NCBI GenBank assembly: GCA_017620655.1
Contig: JAGAUT010000034.1
Span: 2,334-66,333, forward strand
Source: Clostridia bacterium
GTDB taxonomy: Bacteria; Bacillota; Clostridia; Oscillospirales; CAG-382
Reading direction: 5' to 3'
Length of the DNA: 64,000 nt
Positions 17,819 to 27,243 of this stretch are shown in pieces. Below the pieces are notes generated by a model. It had not been told where the DNA came from. It saw only the letters and a list, made by a program, of their open reading frames with translations, and made no database searches. Position 1 is the stretch's first letter, and every line of letters begins with the position of its first letter. The position numbers and the translations under genes were made by a program.

Positions 17819-18019
17819 TTATTCTCCGATAAGATCGTTAATCTTCTGAAGAAGCTCGTCTGCATCAACGCCGTGAACGGCACAAGCCATTTCAACAGTT
17901 TCACCTCTAGCTGAAGGACAGCCGAGGCAGTGCATACCGATTTCAAGGAAAAGGGGCGCAGCTTCGGGTGCAAGGTCGAGAATATCGCCGACAATTGTGT
18001 CTTTTGTAATCTTTGCCAT
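17819..18019 (-). CDS. DUF1858 domain protein
   Basis: 66 aa; GMHCLGCP...ETVEMACAVHG. Confidence 0.88.
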   Translation of the reverse strand: MAKITKDTIVGDILDLAPEAAPLFLEIGMHCLGCPSARGETVEMACAVHGVDADELLQKINDLIGE

Positions 18020-18193
18020 AGTTTATTACCTCCGTGTTTTGCTTTATGGGTTTATTATATACCATTTATGGGGAGATTTCAAGGGGTATTTGTTAAAATG
18101 AAAAGATTTGCCATTATTTACAATTTCATCTTGATAAAAGAAATTGCCGGTGCTATACTCATAATGTTCGAAAAAAGAAAGGAATGTCGTATT

Positions 18194-18895
18194 TTGAAAA
18201 AGATACTTTCATACTCCTTTAAACGTTCACAGCCTGTTATGTACGGATATCTGTTTCTCGGGATCACCTTCGGTATTATGCTGAGAGAAACAGGCAACGG
18301 TGTTTTTTGGGCGTTTATATCGAGTTTATTTATATATGCAGGCTCGGGGCAGTTTTTAATGTGCGAGTTCATTGCCGACAATGCACCCCTTATTACCTGC
18401 GGTGTCATGACAATATTACTTAATTCCCGCCACATATTCTACGGTCTCAGCTTCCTTACCCGTTTCAACGTACTCGGCAAGAAAAAATGGATAAGCATTT
18501 TAGAACTTACGGATGAAACATATTCGGTTCTCTGTTTTACAGAAAAGGACAATGCACATCCCTTGACAATGCTCTTTATTTCGCTGTTTGACCACTCCTA
18601 CTGGATTATCGGTTCTGTTATCGGCAACCTCATCGGTTCTATTCCCTTTGACTTTACGGGTGTTGACTTTTCAATGACGGCACTGTTTGTTGTGCTTTTC
18701 GTTGAGCAGTGGAAGTCAAGCGGATATAAGCTTCCCGCAATTACGGGATTTGTTTCCTCGGTTGTGTTCCTGCTTCTGCTTGGTCCAGACAACTTCATTT
18801 TCCCCTCTCTTGTTCTTTCGTCGGTGGTGCTTATCTTCACAAGAAGCCTGTATGAAAAGAACGAGGCAAAGAAAAAGGAGGTGCATAGGGCATGA
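18194..18895 (+). CDS. azlC: AzlC family branched-chain amino acid exporter permease
   Basis: TTG start after aaagga; YAGSGQF, NSRHIFYG, LTDETYS, DFSMTALF. Confidence 0.88.
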   Translation: MKKILSYSFKRSQPVMYGYLFLGITFGIMLRETGNGVFWAFISSLFIYAGSGQFLMCEFIADNAPLITCGVMTILLNSRHIFYGLSFLTRFNVLGKKKWISILELTDETYSVLCFTEKDNAHPLTMLFISLFDHSYWIIGSVIGNLIGSIPFDFTGVDFSMTALFVVLFVEQWKSSGYKLPAITGFVSSVVFLLLLGPDNFIFPSLVLSSVVLIFTRSLYEKNEAKKKEVHRA

Positions 18896-19215
18896 CAACA
18901 ACACGTCTTATTCTCATCATTGCCGTCTGTGCCGTATGCACAATGCTCACCCGTGCCATTCCCTTTCTTGTTTTCAGAGATGCAGAGAAGGTACCGAAAA
19001 TTGTTCTTTATCTCGGCAAGGTTCTTCCGCCTGCGGTCATTGCAACGCTTGTTATTTACGCACTGAGAAACACAGAGGTTCTGACAGGTGCTCACGGAAT
19101 TCCTGAGCTTATAGGTGTACTTTGTGCAGGTGTTTTACACTGGATTTGGAGGAACAGTTTTGTAAGTATCGGGGTTGCAACGGTGCTGTATATGGTGCTT
19201 TTAAGGATAATGTAA
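18892..19215 (+). CDS. azlD: AzlD family small membrane subunit
   Basis: TRAIPFLVF, LGKVLPPAVIATLV; overlaps the azlC stop. Confidence 0.88.
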   Translation: MTTTRLILIIAVCAVCTMLTRAIPFLVFRDAEKVPKIVLYLGKVLPPAVIATLVIYALRNTEVLTGAHGIPELIGVLCAGVLHWIWRNSFVSIGVATVLYMVLLRIM

Positions 19216-19263
19216 TTTCTTTGAAAAGAGTATGGATGAGAATCTATGCTCTTTTTTGTTTCT

Positions 19264-19489
19264 GTTCTTTTGTATCGACAAAAGTACCAAAAACGCCCAC
19301 TCAACAAGAGGGGATGGCTCATTCGGGAGAAACAAAATACAAATTTGCAAATTTTGACTTGAACAAGTGGAATACTATTACTCTACCCAGCCGTCAAAAT
19401 TTGGAGTATCAAAAATCCAAGCCGTTCTAATGCCCTCATTCCGCCGACTTCCCCTCTTTTGCCGTGGCGGCTTATCTCCCCTCATTTGG
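19264..19489. repeat. 226-bp structured dispersed repeat, family B, copy 1
   Basis: Collinear with 45532-45757; internal inverted repeat caaattttgac/gtcaaaatttg 45 bp apart in both copies. Confidence 0.8.
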
Positions 19490-19512
19490 CGGTATTACAG
19501 GTATAAACAATA

Positions 19513-19543
19513 ATCCCTTGCGCCGTCGTTTGGCGCAAGGGAT
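19513..19543. repeat. Isolated AAACNNC-loop hairpin of family A
   Basis: atcccttgcgcc-gtcgttt-ggcgcaagggat. Confidence 0.75.
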
Positions 19544-19598
19544 GGATAACCGAGAAATAAAAATATAGATTATCTCCGACAATTCGTCGGTGTAGCAA

Positions 19599-19703
19599 TT
19601 TTCCCGATGTCGTTGTTTGACATCGGGAAAAAGTTATTTATGCGATTAATAAAATTTGCTTATTGAAAGCACTGCCCGCGAAAATGCCGGCGGGTGCTAC
19701 CCG
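19599..19703 (-). repeat. Post-stop-codon structured repeat, family A, copy 2
   Basis: After the pheT stop: gcggg-tagca-cccgc, TTTTCGCGGGCAG, GCAAATT, CGCATAAATAAC, 13-bp stem with loop AAACAAC. Confidence 0.8.
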
Positions 19704-22094
19704 CTAACCTCTTAAAGTAATTCCAAGGTCAAATTCAAGACCCTTAAGAATCTTGGCAACTGCCTTATCGCATTCTTCAACGGAAAGTGTCTTTTCAGGG
19801 CTTCTGAGAACAAGGTTATAAGCCATGGACTTCTTGCCTACGCCTACCTTTTCTTCGTCCTCGAAGATATCAAATACTTCAACAGATTCGAGAAGCTTTC
19901 CGCCGTACTTCTTGATAGCCTTCTTGATTTCGCCGGATGTAAGTGCCTTATCGCATACAAATGCAAGGTCACGTTCAGATGAGGGGAACTTGGGAAGTGC
20001 CTTATAGTGCTTATCGAAGTTCTGCATTGTCATCATAAGCTCTGTATCGCATACGATAACATAGCTTTCAATATCAAGTCCGTAGTTTTCCTGAACTGTG
20101 GGATGAAGCTGACCGAATACGATAAGTCTCTGTCCGTCACGGCTGACAACACTTGCACATCTTCCGGGGTGGAATGCAGGAGCTTCTGTGTTGGGTACAA
20201 AATCGTAACCCTTGATACCGAGAAGGTCGAGAATGTTTTCGCAAACACCCTTCATGTCATAGAAGTCTACGTCGCCGTATGCCGCGATTACCGTTGACAT
20301 ACGTTCGTCGGGCTGATCTTCGCCTTCCTTTGTGATATAAACCTTTGCGTTTTCATAAATCCTAGCATTCTTGTTTCTGTATCTTCTGTTTGTTGCGAGC
20401 ACTTCAAGAACGCGGGGAACTGCGGTTGTTCTCATGATGCTGGTGTCTTCACCGAGGGGCTTTGAAATAACTACAGACTTACGAAGAGGAGAATCTGCCG
20501 GCATACAAATATTATCGTAGTACTTGGGGCTGATGAAGGAGAAGGTCTGCACTTCATAGTAGCCCTCGCCTGTAAGAAGCTCATCAATAAGCTTTAAGCT
20601 GTTCTGCTTTGCATTGCGTCTTCCGACAAGTGCCTCTGCCTTGAAGTTTGTTGTGGGAATGAGGTCATAGCCGTGGATACGGATAACTTCTTCTGCAATA
20701 TCCTGCATACATTCAAGGTCTGCTCTGTATGACGGAGGATAAAGAACACCGTCTACAAGTTCAATTTCAAGCTTCTTGAAAATTGCTTTCATTTCTTCTT
20801 CGGCAACATCTGTGCCAAGGAATGCGTTAATCTTGTCTGCATCAAAAGGAATTGCATTTTTTGCCGGCTTTTCGGGATATACATCGATGATTCCCTTTAC
20901 AACTTCACCGGCACCGAGAAGTTCGATAAGTTCGCAGGCTCTCTCAATTGCACCAAGTGTGTTTTCGGGGTCAAGTCCCTTTTCATATCTGCCGGATGCT
21001 TCTGTACGAAGACCGATTGCCTTTGCCGTAAGTCTTACGGAAGGACCGTTGAAGTTTGCACTTTCAAATACTATTGTCTTGGTATTATCATTGATTTCGC
21101 TGTTTTCGCCGCCCATTACACCTGCAACCGCAACTGCCTTATCAGCGTCTGCAATAACAAGCATTTCTTCTGAAAGCTGTCTTTCGATGCTGTCAAGAGT
21201 TGTAATCTTTTCGTCCTTTTCGGCGTGTCTTACAACAATCTTTGAGCCACCGAGGAAGGATGCATCAAATGCATGCATAGGCTGACCGTATTCGAGACAA
21301 ACGTAGTTTGTGATATCTACGATGTTATTGATGGGTCTTATGCCGCAAGCGCGAAGTCTTGAACGCAACCACTTGGGAGAGGGCTCAATCTTTACATTTT
21401 CAACAACTCTTGCTGTGTATCTAGGGCAGAGCTTTGAGTCGAGAACCTCAACGCTGATATAGTCATTAATCGTCTTGCCGTTATCAGTTTCTTTTACAAC
21501 AGGTGTGGGAATTGTAACATCTGTATCAAAAGATGCCGCAGTTTCTCTTGCAAGACCAATCATGGAAAGACAGTCGGGACGGTTGGATGTAATTTCAAAT
21601 TCAACAGTCACGTCATCAAGTCCGAGAACCTTACAAATATCGTCGCCGGGCTTGCAGTCTTCCTGAAGAAGGAAAATACCGTCTTCTTCTGCATAGGGGA
21701 AATCATGCTTATCGAGACCGAGTTCGCCGAGTGAACAGAGCATACCGTTGGAGGGAACTCCTCTGAGCTTACCTGCCTTGATATGAACACCGCCGGGAAG
21801 GTAAGAATCGTGAAGCGCCGCAGGAACAAGCTCGCCTGGCTTTACATTCTGTGCACCTGTAACAATCTGTACGGGTTCTTCCGCACCGATATCAACCATA
21901 CAGATGAGAAGATGGTCAGAATCGGGATGCTTTTCAACGGTAATAAGCTTACCTACTACTACATTTTTGATTTCATCGGCAGGACATTCGTAGCCTTCTA
22001 CCTTTGAGCCTGTCATTGTAAGCTTATCGGAGTAAGCCTTGGGGTCAAAGTCTTCTTTTACATAGTCCTTTAACCAGTTCATTGATAATTTCAT
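19704..22094 (-). CDS. pheT: Phenylalanine--tRNA ligase beta subunit
   Basis: 796 aa; EITSNRPDCLS, NNIVDITNY, RYEKG, C-terminal FDX-ACB domain. Confidence 0.97.
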   Translation of the reverse strand: MKLSMNWLKDYVKEDFDPKAYSDKLTMTGSKVEGYECPADEIKNVVVGKLITVEKHPDSDHLLICMVDIGAEEPVQIVTGAQNVKPGELVPAALHDSYLPGGVHIKAGKLRGVPSNGMLCSLGELGLDKHDFPYAEEDGIFLLQEDCKPGDDICKVLGLDDVTVEFEITSNRPDCLSMIGLARETAASFDTDVTIPTPVVKETDNGKTINDYISVEVLDSKLCPRYTARVVENVKIEPSPKWLRSRLRACGIRPINNIVDITNYVCLEYGQPMHAFDASFLGGSKIVVRHAEKDEKITTLDSIERQLSEEMLVIADADKAVAVAGVMGGENSEINDNTKTIVFESANFNGPSVRLTAKAIGLRTEASGRYEKGLDPENTLGAIERACELIELLGAGEVVKGIIDVYPEKPAKNAIPFDADKINAFLGTDVAEEEMKAIFKKLEIELVDGVLYPPSYRADLECMQDIAEEVIRIHGYDLIPTTNFKAEALVGRRNAKQNSLKLIDELLTGEGYYEVQTFSFISPKYYDNICMPADSPLRKSVVISKPLGEDTSIMRTTAVPRVLEVLATNRRYRNKNARIYENAKVYITKEGEDQPDERMSTVIAAYGDVDFYDMKGVCENILDLLGIKGYDFVPNTEAPAFHPGRCASVVSRDGQRLIVFGQLHPTVQENYGLDIESYVIVCDTELMMTMQNFDKHYKALPKFPSSERDLAFVCDKALTSGEIKKAIKKYGGKLLESVEVFDIFEDEEKVGVGKKSMAYNLVLRSPEKTLSVEECDKAVAKILKGLEFDLGITLRG

Positions 22095-22113
22095 TTTTGA
22101 CTTCCTCCTTTAC

Positions 22114-23133
22114 TTAAAACTGTGACAGGAAGCGAACATCGTTTTCATAGAGAAGACGCATATCGCTGATGCCGAACTTTGTCATAACTATTCTTTCAAT
22201 ACCCATACCGAAGGCAAAACCGGAATATACTTCAGGGTCAATGCCGCTCATTCTGAGAACGTTGGGGTGTACCATGCCGGCACCGAGAATTTCTATCCAG
22301 CCTTCGCCCTTACATACGCTGCAGCCGCTTCCGCCGCATACGAAGCAAGAAACGTCAACCTCGCAGGAGGGTTCTGTGAAGGGGAAATGGTGGGGACGGA
22401 ATCTGATTTCTGTCTTTTCGCCGAACATCTGCTTAGCAAAGAGAAGAAGTGTTCCCTTGAGGTCGGACATTGTGATGCCCTTATCGATAACAAGACCTTC
22501 GCACTGGTGGAACATAGGAGAATGTGTTGCGTCAACGGCATCACTTCTGTAAACACGTCCGGGAGAAATAACTCTTATCGGAGGCTTATTCTCTTCCATG
22601 GCATGAACCTGTGTGGTACTTGTCTGGCTTCTGAGAAGCACCTTGTCTGTGATATAGAATGTATCCTGAACGTCACGCGCAGGGTGGAATTCGGGAGTAT
22701 TGAGGGCTGTGAAGTTGTAGTAATCTGTTTCAACTTCGGGGCCTTCTGCAATGGAGAAGCCCATGCCGAGGAAAATTTCTTCCATTTCTCTCTGAATGGA
22801 TGTAAGAGGATGAAGCTTTCCGCAGGAGCACTTCTTTGCAGGAAGTGTTACGTCAATAGTTTCCTTCTCAAGTTTCTTTGCAAGTTCTTTCTTGCCGATC
22901 TCTTTCTTTGCTTCTTCGAGAGCATTGGTGATTGCTTCTCTTACGCTGTTACCGAGAGCACCCATAACAGGTCTTTCTTCGGGGGTAAGCGAACCCATAT
23001 TTTTGAGAACCGCAGTAAGCGGACTCTTTTTGCCGAGGTAGGATACTCTTACATTTTCGAGATCCTGTGCGCTTTCAGCCTTTGCGATGGCTTCAAGTGC
23101 CTCAGCCTTAACCTTTTCAAGTTGTGCCTTCAT
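22114..23133 (-). CDS. pheS: Phenylalanine--tRNA ligase alpha subunit
   Basis: [27 protein letters not shown]. Confidence 0.97.
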   Translation of the reverse strand: MKAQLEKVKAEALEAIAKAESAQDLENVRVSYLGKKSPLTAVLKNMGSLTPEERPVMGALGNSVREAITNALEEAKKEIGKKELAKKLEKETIDVTLPAKKCSCGKLHPLTSIQREMEEIFLGMGFSIAEGPEVETDYYNFTALNTPEFHPARDVQDTFYITDKVLLRSQTSTTQVHAMEENKPPIRVISPGRVYRSDAVDATHSPMFHQCEGLVIDKGITMSDLKGTLLLFAKQMFGEKTEIRFRPHHFPFTEPSCEVDVSCFVCGGSGCSVCKGEGWIEILGAGMVHPNVLRMSGIDPEVYSGFAFGMGIERIVMTKFGISDMRLLYENDVRFLSQF

Positions 23134-23164
23134 TTATTTCAATCCTTTCTGATTATATACATAT

Positions 23165-23414
23165 AAAAAATCCCCTACGGCTTTCACCGTAAGGGACGTT
23201 ATATTACGCGGTACCACCCTTGTTTCCGACAAATATCGGACACCTCTTTGCATACACTTCATATGCTCTGTCTGTAACGGGACACACCGTCATATCCTTT
23301 AAGATATGCCGCTCCAAAGCGAAACGCAATTTCCACAACCTTTAGGACTTTCCAGCTTACGTCCCTCTCTGCCAAAGGTTTACATGGAAACGCACTCTTT
23401 TTCAACGCGTTTAC
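23165..23414 (-). promoter_or_regulatory. T-box riboswitch (Phe) upstream of pheST
   Basis: T-box AAGGGTGGTACCGCG (23221-23207); terminator 23196-23165; AGAGA and GCTGGAAA stem I motifs; probable UUC specifier at 23323-23321; promoter TTGCAA-17-TATACT. Confidence 0.92.
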
Positions 23415-23482
23415 TGGGTTAGTATAACATTTTGTTTTTATTTTTGCAAGCGTCGTAACAGATAATTTACAATTATAATGTA

Positions 23483-23932
23483 TTAATTATCCAATTTATC
23501 GCAAAAAGCATCAAAGTTGCCGACTATTACGCCGAGGGCTTTATAGAATGCCTTTCTTTCGGCTGCAGTAAGTCCTTTGCCGAATTTATTTACAGCATCT
23601 CCGATAATTATTTCAAGACGGGAATATACCTCCTGTCCCTTATCCGTAAGAACATTCTTCAGTTTATACTTCTTATCCTTATCTCCGGCAACAGTGACAT
23701 AGCCCTTTTCCTGAAGGAATTTAAGATTTCTCGAAATGGCAGCCTTATCCTCCCTGCACTTTTCACAAAGCTCGCCCGAGGTAAGTCCGCCCTCGTTCTG
23801 ACCGAGATAAAACAGACACATAACATGGTTTCCCTTGAGTCCGAGTTCTTCAACTTCATACGACTTTATCTTCTGAAGTCCCTTATACGCCGTATTGATC
23901 AGGCTAACAAAATCGTCAAATCTCTGTATCAT
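23483..23932 (-). CDS. MarR family transcriptional regulator
   Basis: DKAAISRNLKFLQEKGYV winged helix, LTDKG. Confidence 0.9.
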   Translation of the reverse strand: MIQRFDDFVSLINTAYKGLQKIKSYEVEELGLKGNHVMCLFYLGQNEGGLTSGELCEKCREDKAAISRNLKFLQEKGYVTVAGDKDKKYKLKNVLTDKGQEVYSRLEIIIGDAVNKFGKGLTAAERKAFYKALGVIVGNFDAFCDKLDN

Positions 23933-23951
23933 TTAAATGACCTCCGCTTTT

Positions 23952-24010
23952 TGTTGACACATCAACATTTTTGTTATATATATTTTACCACATTTTTGTT
24001 ATGTAGTCAA
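23952..24010 (-). promoter_or_regulatory. marR promoter with palindromic operator
   Basis: TTGACT-17-TAAAAT; palindrome TGTTGA-N4-TCAACA at 23952-23967 between promoter and RBS. Confidence 0.65.
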
Positions 24011-24056
24011 CAGAAATATAAAAAGTTTAAAAATTGGTAAAAAAGAAAAAAAGGTA

Positions 24057-24085
24057 TTGACAAAACAATTAATATACGTTATAAT
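24057..24085 (+). promoter_or_regulatory. Consensus sigma-A promoter of rpsF-ssb-rpsR
   Basis: TTGACA-17-TATAAT, exact consensus. Confidence 0.9.
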
Positions 24086-24122
24086 GTTTGTTCGTGGAAA
24101 GGTGTAATTTTTTACGTACCTT

Positions 24123-24170
24123 TCTCCTTGCCGGGTGCTGAGACATTCGGCCATATGACCATAAGGAGGT
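24123..24170 (+). promoter_or_regulatory. Probable S6:S18 autoregulatory leader
   Basis: ctccttgCCG...aaggag: the anti-SD CTCCTT pairs with the RBS and a CCG follows, as in the known rpsF leader. Confidence 0.6.
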
Positions 24171-24177
24171 GCAGATA

Positions 24178-24477
24178 ATGGAACAGCTTACATCCAAGTA
24201 TGAAAATGTTTTCATCGTTAGCCCTGATCTTACAGAAGAAGCAGCAAAGGCTCTTCTTGAAAAGTTCACAGGTATTATCACTGCAAACGGTGGAATCATT
24301 GACAATGTCAGCGAATGGGGTAAGAAGAAGCTTGCTTACCTTATTGACGACTACGCTGAAGGTTACTACTATGTAGTTAACTTCACATCCGTAGCAACTC
24401 TTCCTGCTGAGCTTGAAAGAGTATTCAATATCACTGACGGTATTCTTCGTTCACTTATCGTTAAGCTCGACAAGTAA
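24178..24477 (+). CDS. rpsF: 30S ribosomal protein S6
   Basis: KYENVFIV, WGKKKLAYLI, ILRSLIVK; RBS aggagg. Confidence 0.96.
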   Translation: MEQLTSKYENVFIVSPDLTEEAAKALLEKFTGIITANGGIIDNVSEWGKKKLAYLIDDYAEGYYYVVNFTSVATLPAELERVFNITDGILRSLIVKLDK

Positions 24478-24525
24478 TTCACGGGCTTTCGGTAACAAAT
24501 TTGCCATGTAAAGGAGATGCAGACA

Positions 24526-24978
24526 ATGGCAGGACTTAACAAGGTTATACTCATGGGTAATCTCGTAGCAGATCCCGAATACAAGACAACTCCCTCGGGC
24601 GTTGGTGTTACAACTTTCAGAATCGCCGTTGGACGCAGATTCGCAAAGCAGGGCGACGAAGTAACAGCAGATTTCTTCAGCATCGTTGCTTGGAGAAACA
24701 CAGCTGAGTTCGTTTCCAAGTATTTCACAAAGGGCAGAGCAATCGTTGTTGTAGGTTCTCTCCAGAACAGAAACTGGACTGATCAGAACGGTCAGAAGCA
24801 CTACATCACAGAGGTTGTTGCTGACGAGTGCTACTTCGCAGGCAATTCCGGAAGTGGAAACGGACAGAACGACGGCGGCACTTTCTACGGTGCAGAGCCT
24901 GCAGCTCAGAATATGGGTGCAAAACCCGCAGCTGCAACATTTGAAGAGCTTTCCACGGAAGACGATCTTCCCTTCTAA
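24526..24978 (+). CDS. ssb: Single-stranded DNA-binding protein
   Basis: LNKVILMGNL, C-terminal DDLPF. Confidence 0.97.
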   Translation: MAGLNKVILMGNLVADPEYKTTPSGVGVTTFRIAVGRRFAKQGDEVTADFFSIVAWRNTAEFVSKYFTKGRAIVVVGSLQNRNWTDQNGQKHYITEVVADECYFAGNSGSGNGQNDGGTFYGAEPAAQNMGAKPAAATFEELSTEDDLPF

Positions 24979-25021
24979 GCTTTTCACAAAAGTTCCAATC
25001 TAATTAAGGAGGTATTTTAAA

Positions 25022-25264
25022 ATGGATAAAGAAATGCAGAAGCCTTTCCGCGCTAAGAGAAAGAAGAAGATTTGTAATTTCTGCGCAGAAAAGTCTGAAT
25101 TCATCGATTACAAGGATGTTCTCAAGCTTCGCAAGTATGTTTCTGAAAGAAGCAAGATTCTTCCCAGAAGAATTACAGGTACTTGCGCTAAGCACCAGAG
25201 AGAACTCACAATCGCTATAAAGAGAGCTAGACACATTGCTCTTATGCCCTACATCAGCGACTAG
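25022..25264 (+). CDS. rpsR: 30S ribosomal protein S18
   Basis: CNFC...IDYKD...[16 protein letters not shown] (Zn-binding form). Confidence 0.97.
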   Translation: MDKEMQKPFRAKRKKKICNFCAEKSEFIDYKDVLKLRKYVSERSKILPRRITGTCAKHQRELTIAIKRARHIALMPYISD

Positions 25265-25375
25265 TCGGGAAAGCCCGACAGCAGTACGCCGGGCAGTATT
25301 TGCGATTAGCAAATCTTGATTTTCGCATAAATAACCAATCCCTTGCACCAAACACCGGCGCAAGGGATTTTTGTA
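25265..25375 (+). repeat. Post-stop-codon structured repeat, family A, copy 3
   Basis: gtcggg-aaag-cccgac, CGCCGGGCAG, GCAAATC, CGCATAAATAAC, stem 25337-25349/25357-25369 with loop AAACACC. Confidence 0.8.
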
Positions 25376-25523
25376 GCGAGTCGCGGTTGGCAAACTAATC
25401 GCCAGCGGCATATTGGTGATTTTCTATTGCCATTTTCGCGGGAATTATCTTTTTTTACAAGCGGTCAGACTCCATGACAAAAATTACTCCCTCATACCGC
25501 AATTGGTATGAGGGATATTTGCT

Positions 25524-25745
25524 TTATATTTTAGCTCCCAAAAACAAATCAAAGGTGATTCCAAGATACTTTATGATGACCGCAAAAGTGTCAAGCGAAG
25601 GTATACGCTGACCGTTTTCCACCTTGCTGATATAGCTTTCAGCTTTGCCGATATCAAGGCTCATCTGCTTTGCCGACACCCCTTTGAGCTTTCTGAAAAA
25701 TCTCATTCTTTTTGCAACATCCGCTTTCAGTTCTTCACGCTTCAT
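25524..25745 (-). CDS. XRE family helix-turn-helix protein
   Basis: 73 aa from ATG 25745 (RBS aaagggtgg); RKLKGVSAKQMS...SYISKVENGQRIPSLDT. Confidence 0.85.
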   Translation of the reverse strand: MKREELKADVAKRMRFFRKLKGVSAKQMSLDIGKAESYISKVENGQRIPSLDTFAVIIKYLGITFDLFLGAKI

Positions 25746-25763
25746 ACAACCACCCTTTCGGTA

Positions 25764-25930
25764 AAATAAAAAGTGCGCAGCCGAAGCCACGCACGAAAAA
25801 CACATGACTCCTTTTGCTGCGACACAATTATCGAACCACACCGAAGTGCATACGAAACAGAGCATGTATTTTTACCAAAGGATATAAAAATACACACTTC
25901 AAAGTTGTGGTTCATATTAAATTGTGTCGC
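25764..25930 (-). ncRNA. Putative structured leader/attenuator RNA, copy B
   Basis: TTGACA (25965-25960)-17-TATTAT (25942-25937); 5' GCGACACAATT pairs with 25829-25819; terminator 25794-25764. Confidence 0.65.
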
Positions 25931-25973
25931 AGGATTATAATAGCACATTTTTTATATTGTGTCAAGATAAGAA

Positions 25974-26006
25974 ATTCGCCCATGTCGTAGTTTGACATGG
26001 GCGAAT
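25974..26006. repeat. AAACNNC-loop hairpin (probable terminator of the MBOAT operon)
   Basis: attcgcccatgtc-gtagttt-gacatgggcgaat. Confidence 0.7.
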
Positions 26007-26070
26007 CATAATAATTGTGAATATAACAATAGTTTCGCAACATAGAAAATGGCTGTGCGAAATTATTTTC

Positions 26071-26109
26071 TCTTTGCTTACTTTCTCTTTTTATCAAAGA
26101 GAAAGTAAG
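26071..26109. repeat. REP-like TACTTTCT/AGAAAGTA hairpin, family D
   Basis: tctttg-cttactttctcttt-ttatc-aaagagaaagtaag; related copy at 49052-49082. Confidence 0.65.
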
Positions 26110-27231
26110 TCAGCGGGTGCTGCCTGCAAAATCCTTAAGCGCTCTGCCACCGTTGATGATACCTGTTGAATAAAGGAAAAGAACATCGGCATCGTCTCCA
26201 AAGCCGGAAATCTGCTTGATAAAATCGGGGACAATATAGCGAAGGTCAACAAATGTTACCTTCTTATATCCCATAGCAAGAAGCGGTGCGATGCTGGAGC
26301 CAAAGGAGTCTCTGAACACAACGAGCTCTTTGCCGTTTGTCGCATTCGGGTTTTCGATTATGACAAGATGCTGTGCACCTGCCGCAAACATATCATAGGG
26401 GTCATTGTTCTTAAACATATCGGTAACATACACGGGGTATTCGTGTCTCTTTCCCATGTCATCAATCACCGTCATGACCATATTATCCGTCACATCATTT
26501 GAAAGGTACTTTATCTCATCGGGGCTGAGGCTGAGTGCCGACTGACCGTAGTACACACCGTAAAAAGGAGAAAGGGTGTTTGTCTTCCACTCTGTATCAA
26601 AAACATGTGCACTCGGATTCATCGACGAAACAAGCTTATCAGCAACGCCGAGGATTTTATCCTGACTCCAATGAGAGTCGGTTTTATAATAGTCGGAAAG
26701 GCTGAGCTTATCTGTTATATCGATATATTCCATGCCCGAAAGTCCGTCATGCACCAAAGTGAAAAGCTTGTCGTAATCCATGGCGGGATATCCGTTTTCC
26801 TTTGAAGCATAATAATGCTTATCGGGGACAATGGAGTAATAAACCTTATCGTCTGAAAAATACTTATCCACAACCTTGTTTACAAGGTCAACGGTATACT
26901 GTACCTGAGCTTCGTCCAGCTTTTCTTCAATCTTTATAACGGTTCCGTCCTGAACATAAATGTCATTGTTATCGTTCTTCTTAAGAACATCCATAAAAGC
27001 AAACGCCTTGAGACTTCTGAAAGAATCACGAAGCGGAAACTGGTCGAGAAAATATCCTTCGATTTCATCGAATATATGTGTATCGTTCTCTTTAAGCGAC
27101 TGCATTGTCGCAAGTGGACGGCGTTCGGATTTGGATATCGTCTTTTCAGGTGACAGGAAAAGCATGAGAGAAAGAGTAAGAATAACAAGGCAGAAAACAA
27201 CTGCATTTGAAATAAGTCTTATTTTTTTCAT
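26110..27231 (-). CDS. DHHW family (AlgJ/AlgX-like) extracellular protein
   Basis: N-terminal TM, SERRPLA, DQFPLRD, YKTDSHW, FRDSFGSS, DLRY. Confidence 0.85.
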   Translation of the reverse strand: MKKIRLISNAVVFCLVILTLSLMLFLSPEKTISKSERRPLATMQSLKENDTHIFDEIEGYFLDQFPLRDSFRSLKAFAFMDVLKKNDNNDIYVQDGTVIKIEEKLDEAQVQYTVDLVNKVVDKYFSDDKVYYSIVPDKHYYASKENGYPAMDYDKLFTLVHDGLSGMEYIDITDKLSLSDYYKTDSHWSQDKILGVADKLVSSMNPSAHVFDTEWKTNTLSPFYGVYYGQSALSLSPDEIKYLSNDVTDNMVMTVIDDMGKRHEYPVYVTDMFKNNDPYDMFAAGAQHLVIIENPNATNGKELVVFRDSFGSSIAPLLAMGYKKVTFVDLRYIVPDFIKQISGFGDDADVLFLYSTGIINGGRALKDFAGSTR

Positions 27232-27243
27232 TTTCTCCCCTCC

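Noticed and set aside
22267-23166. 299-aa plus-strand ORF, and similar long antisense ORFs (34482-35369, 44086-44853, 60793-61542, 63174-63929)
   Set aside because: Each lies opposite a well-supported housekeeping gene; long reverse-frame ORFs are expected from codon bias
533-25375. Repeated hairpins as a possible CRISPR array
   Set aside because: Copies are dispersed over kilobases, with no regular repeat-spacer period and no cas genes
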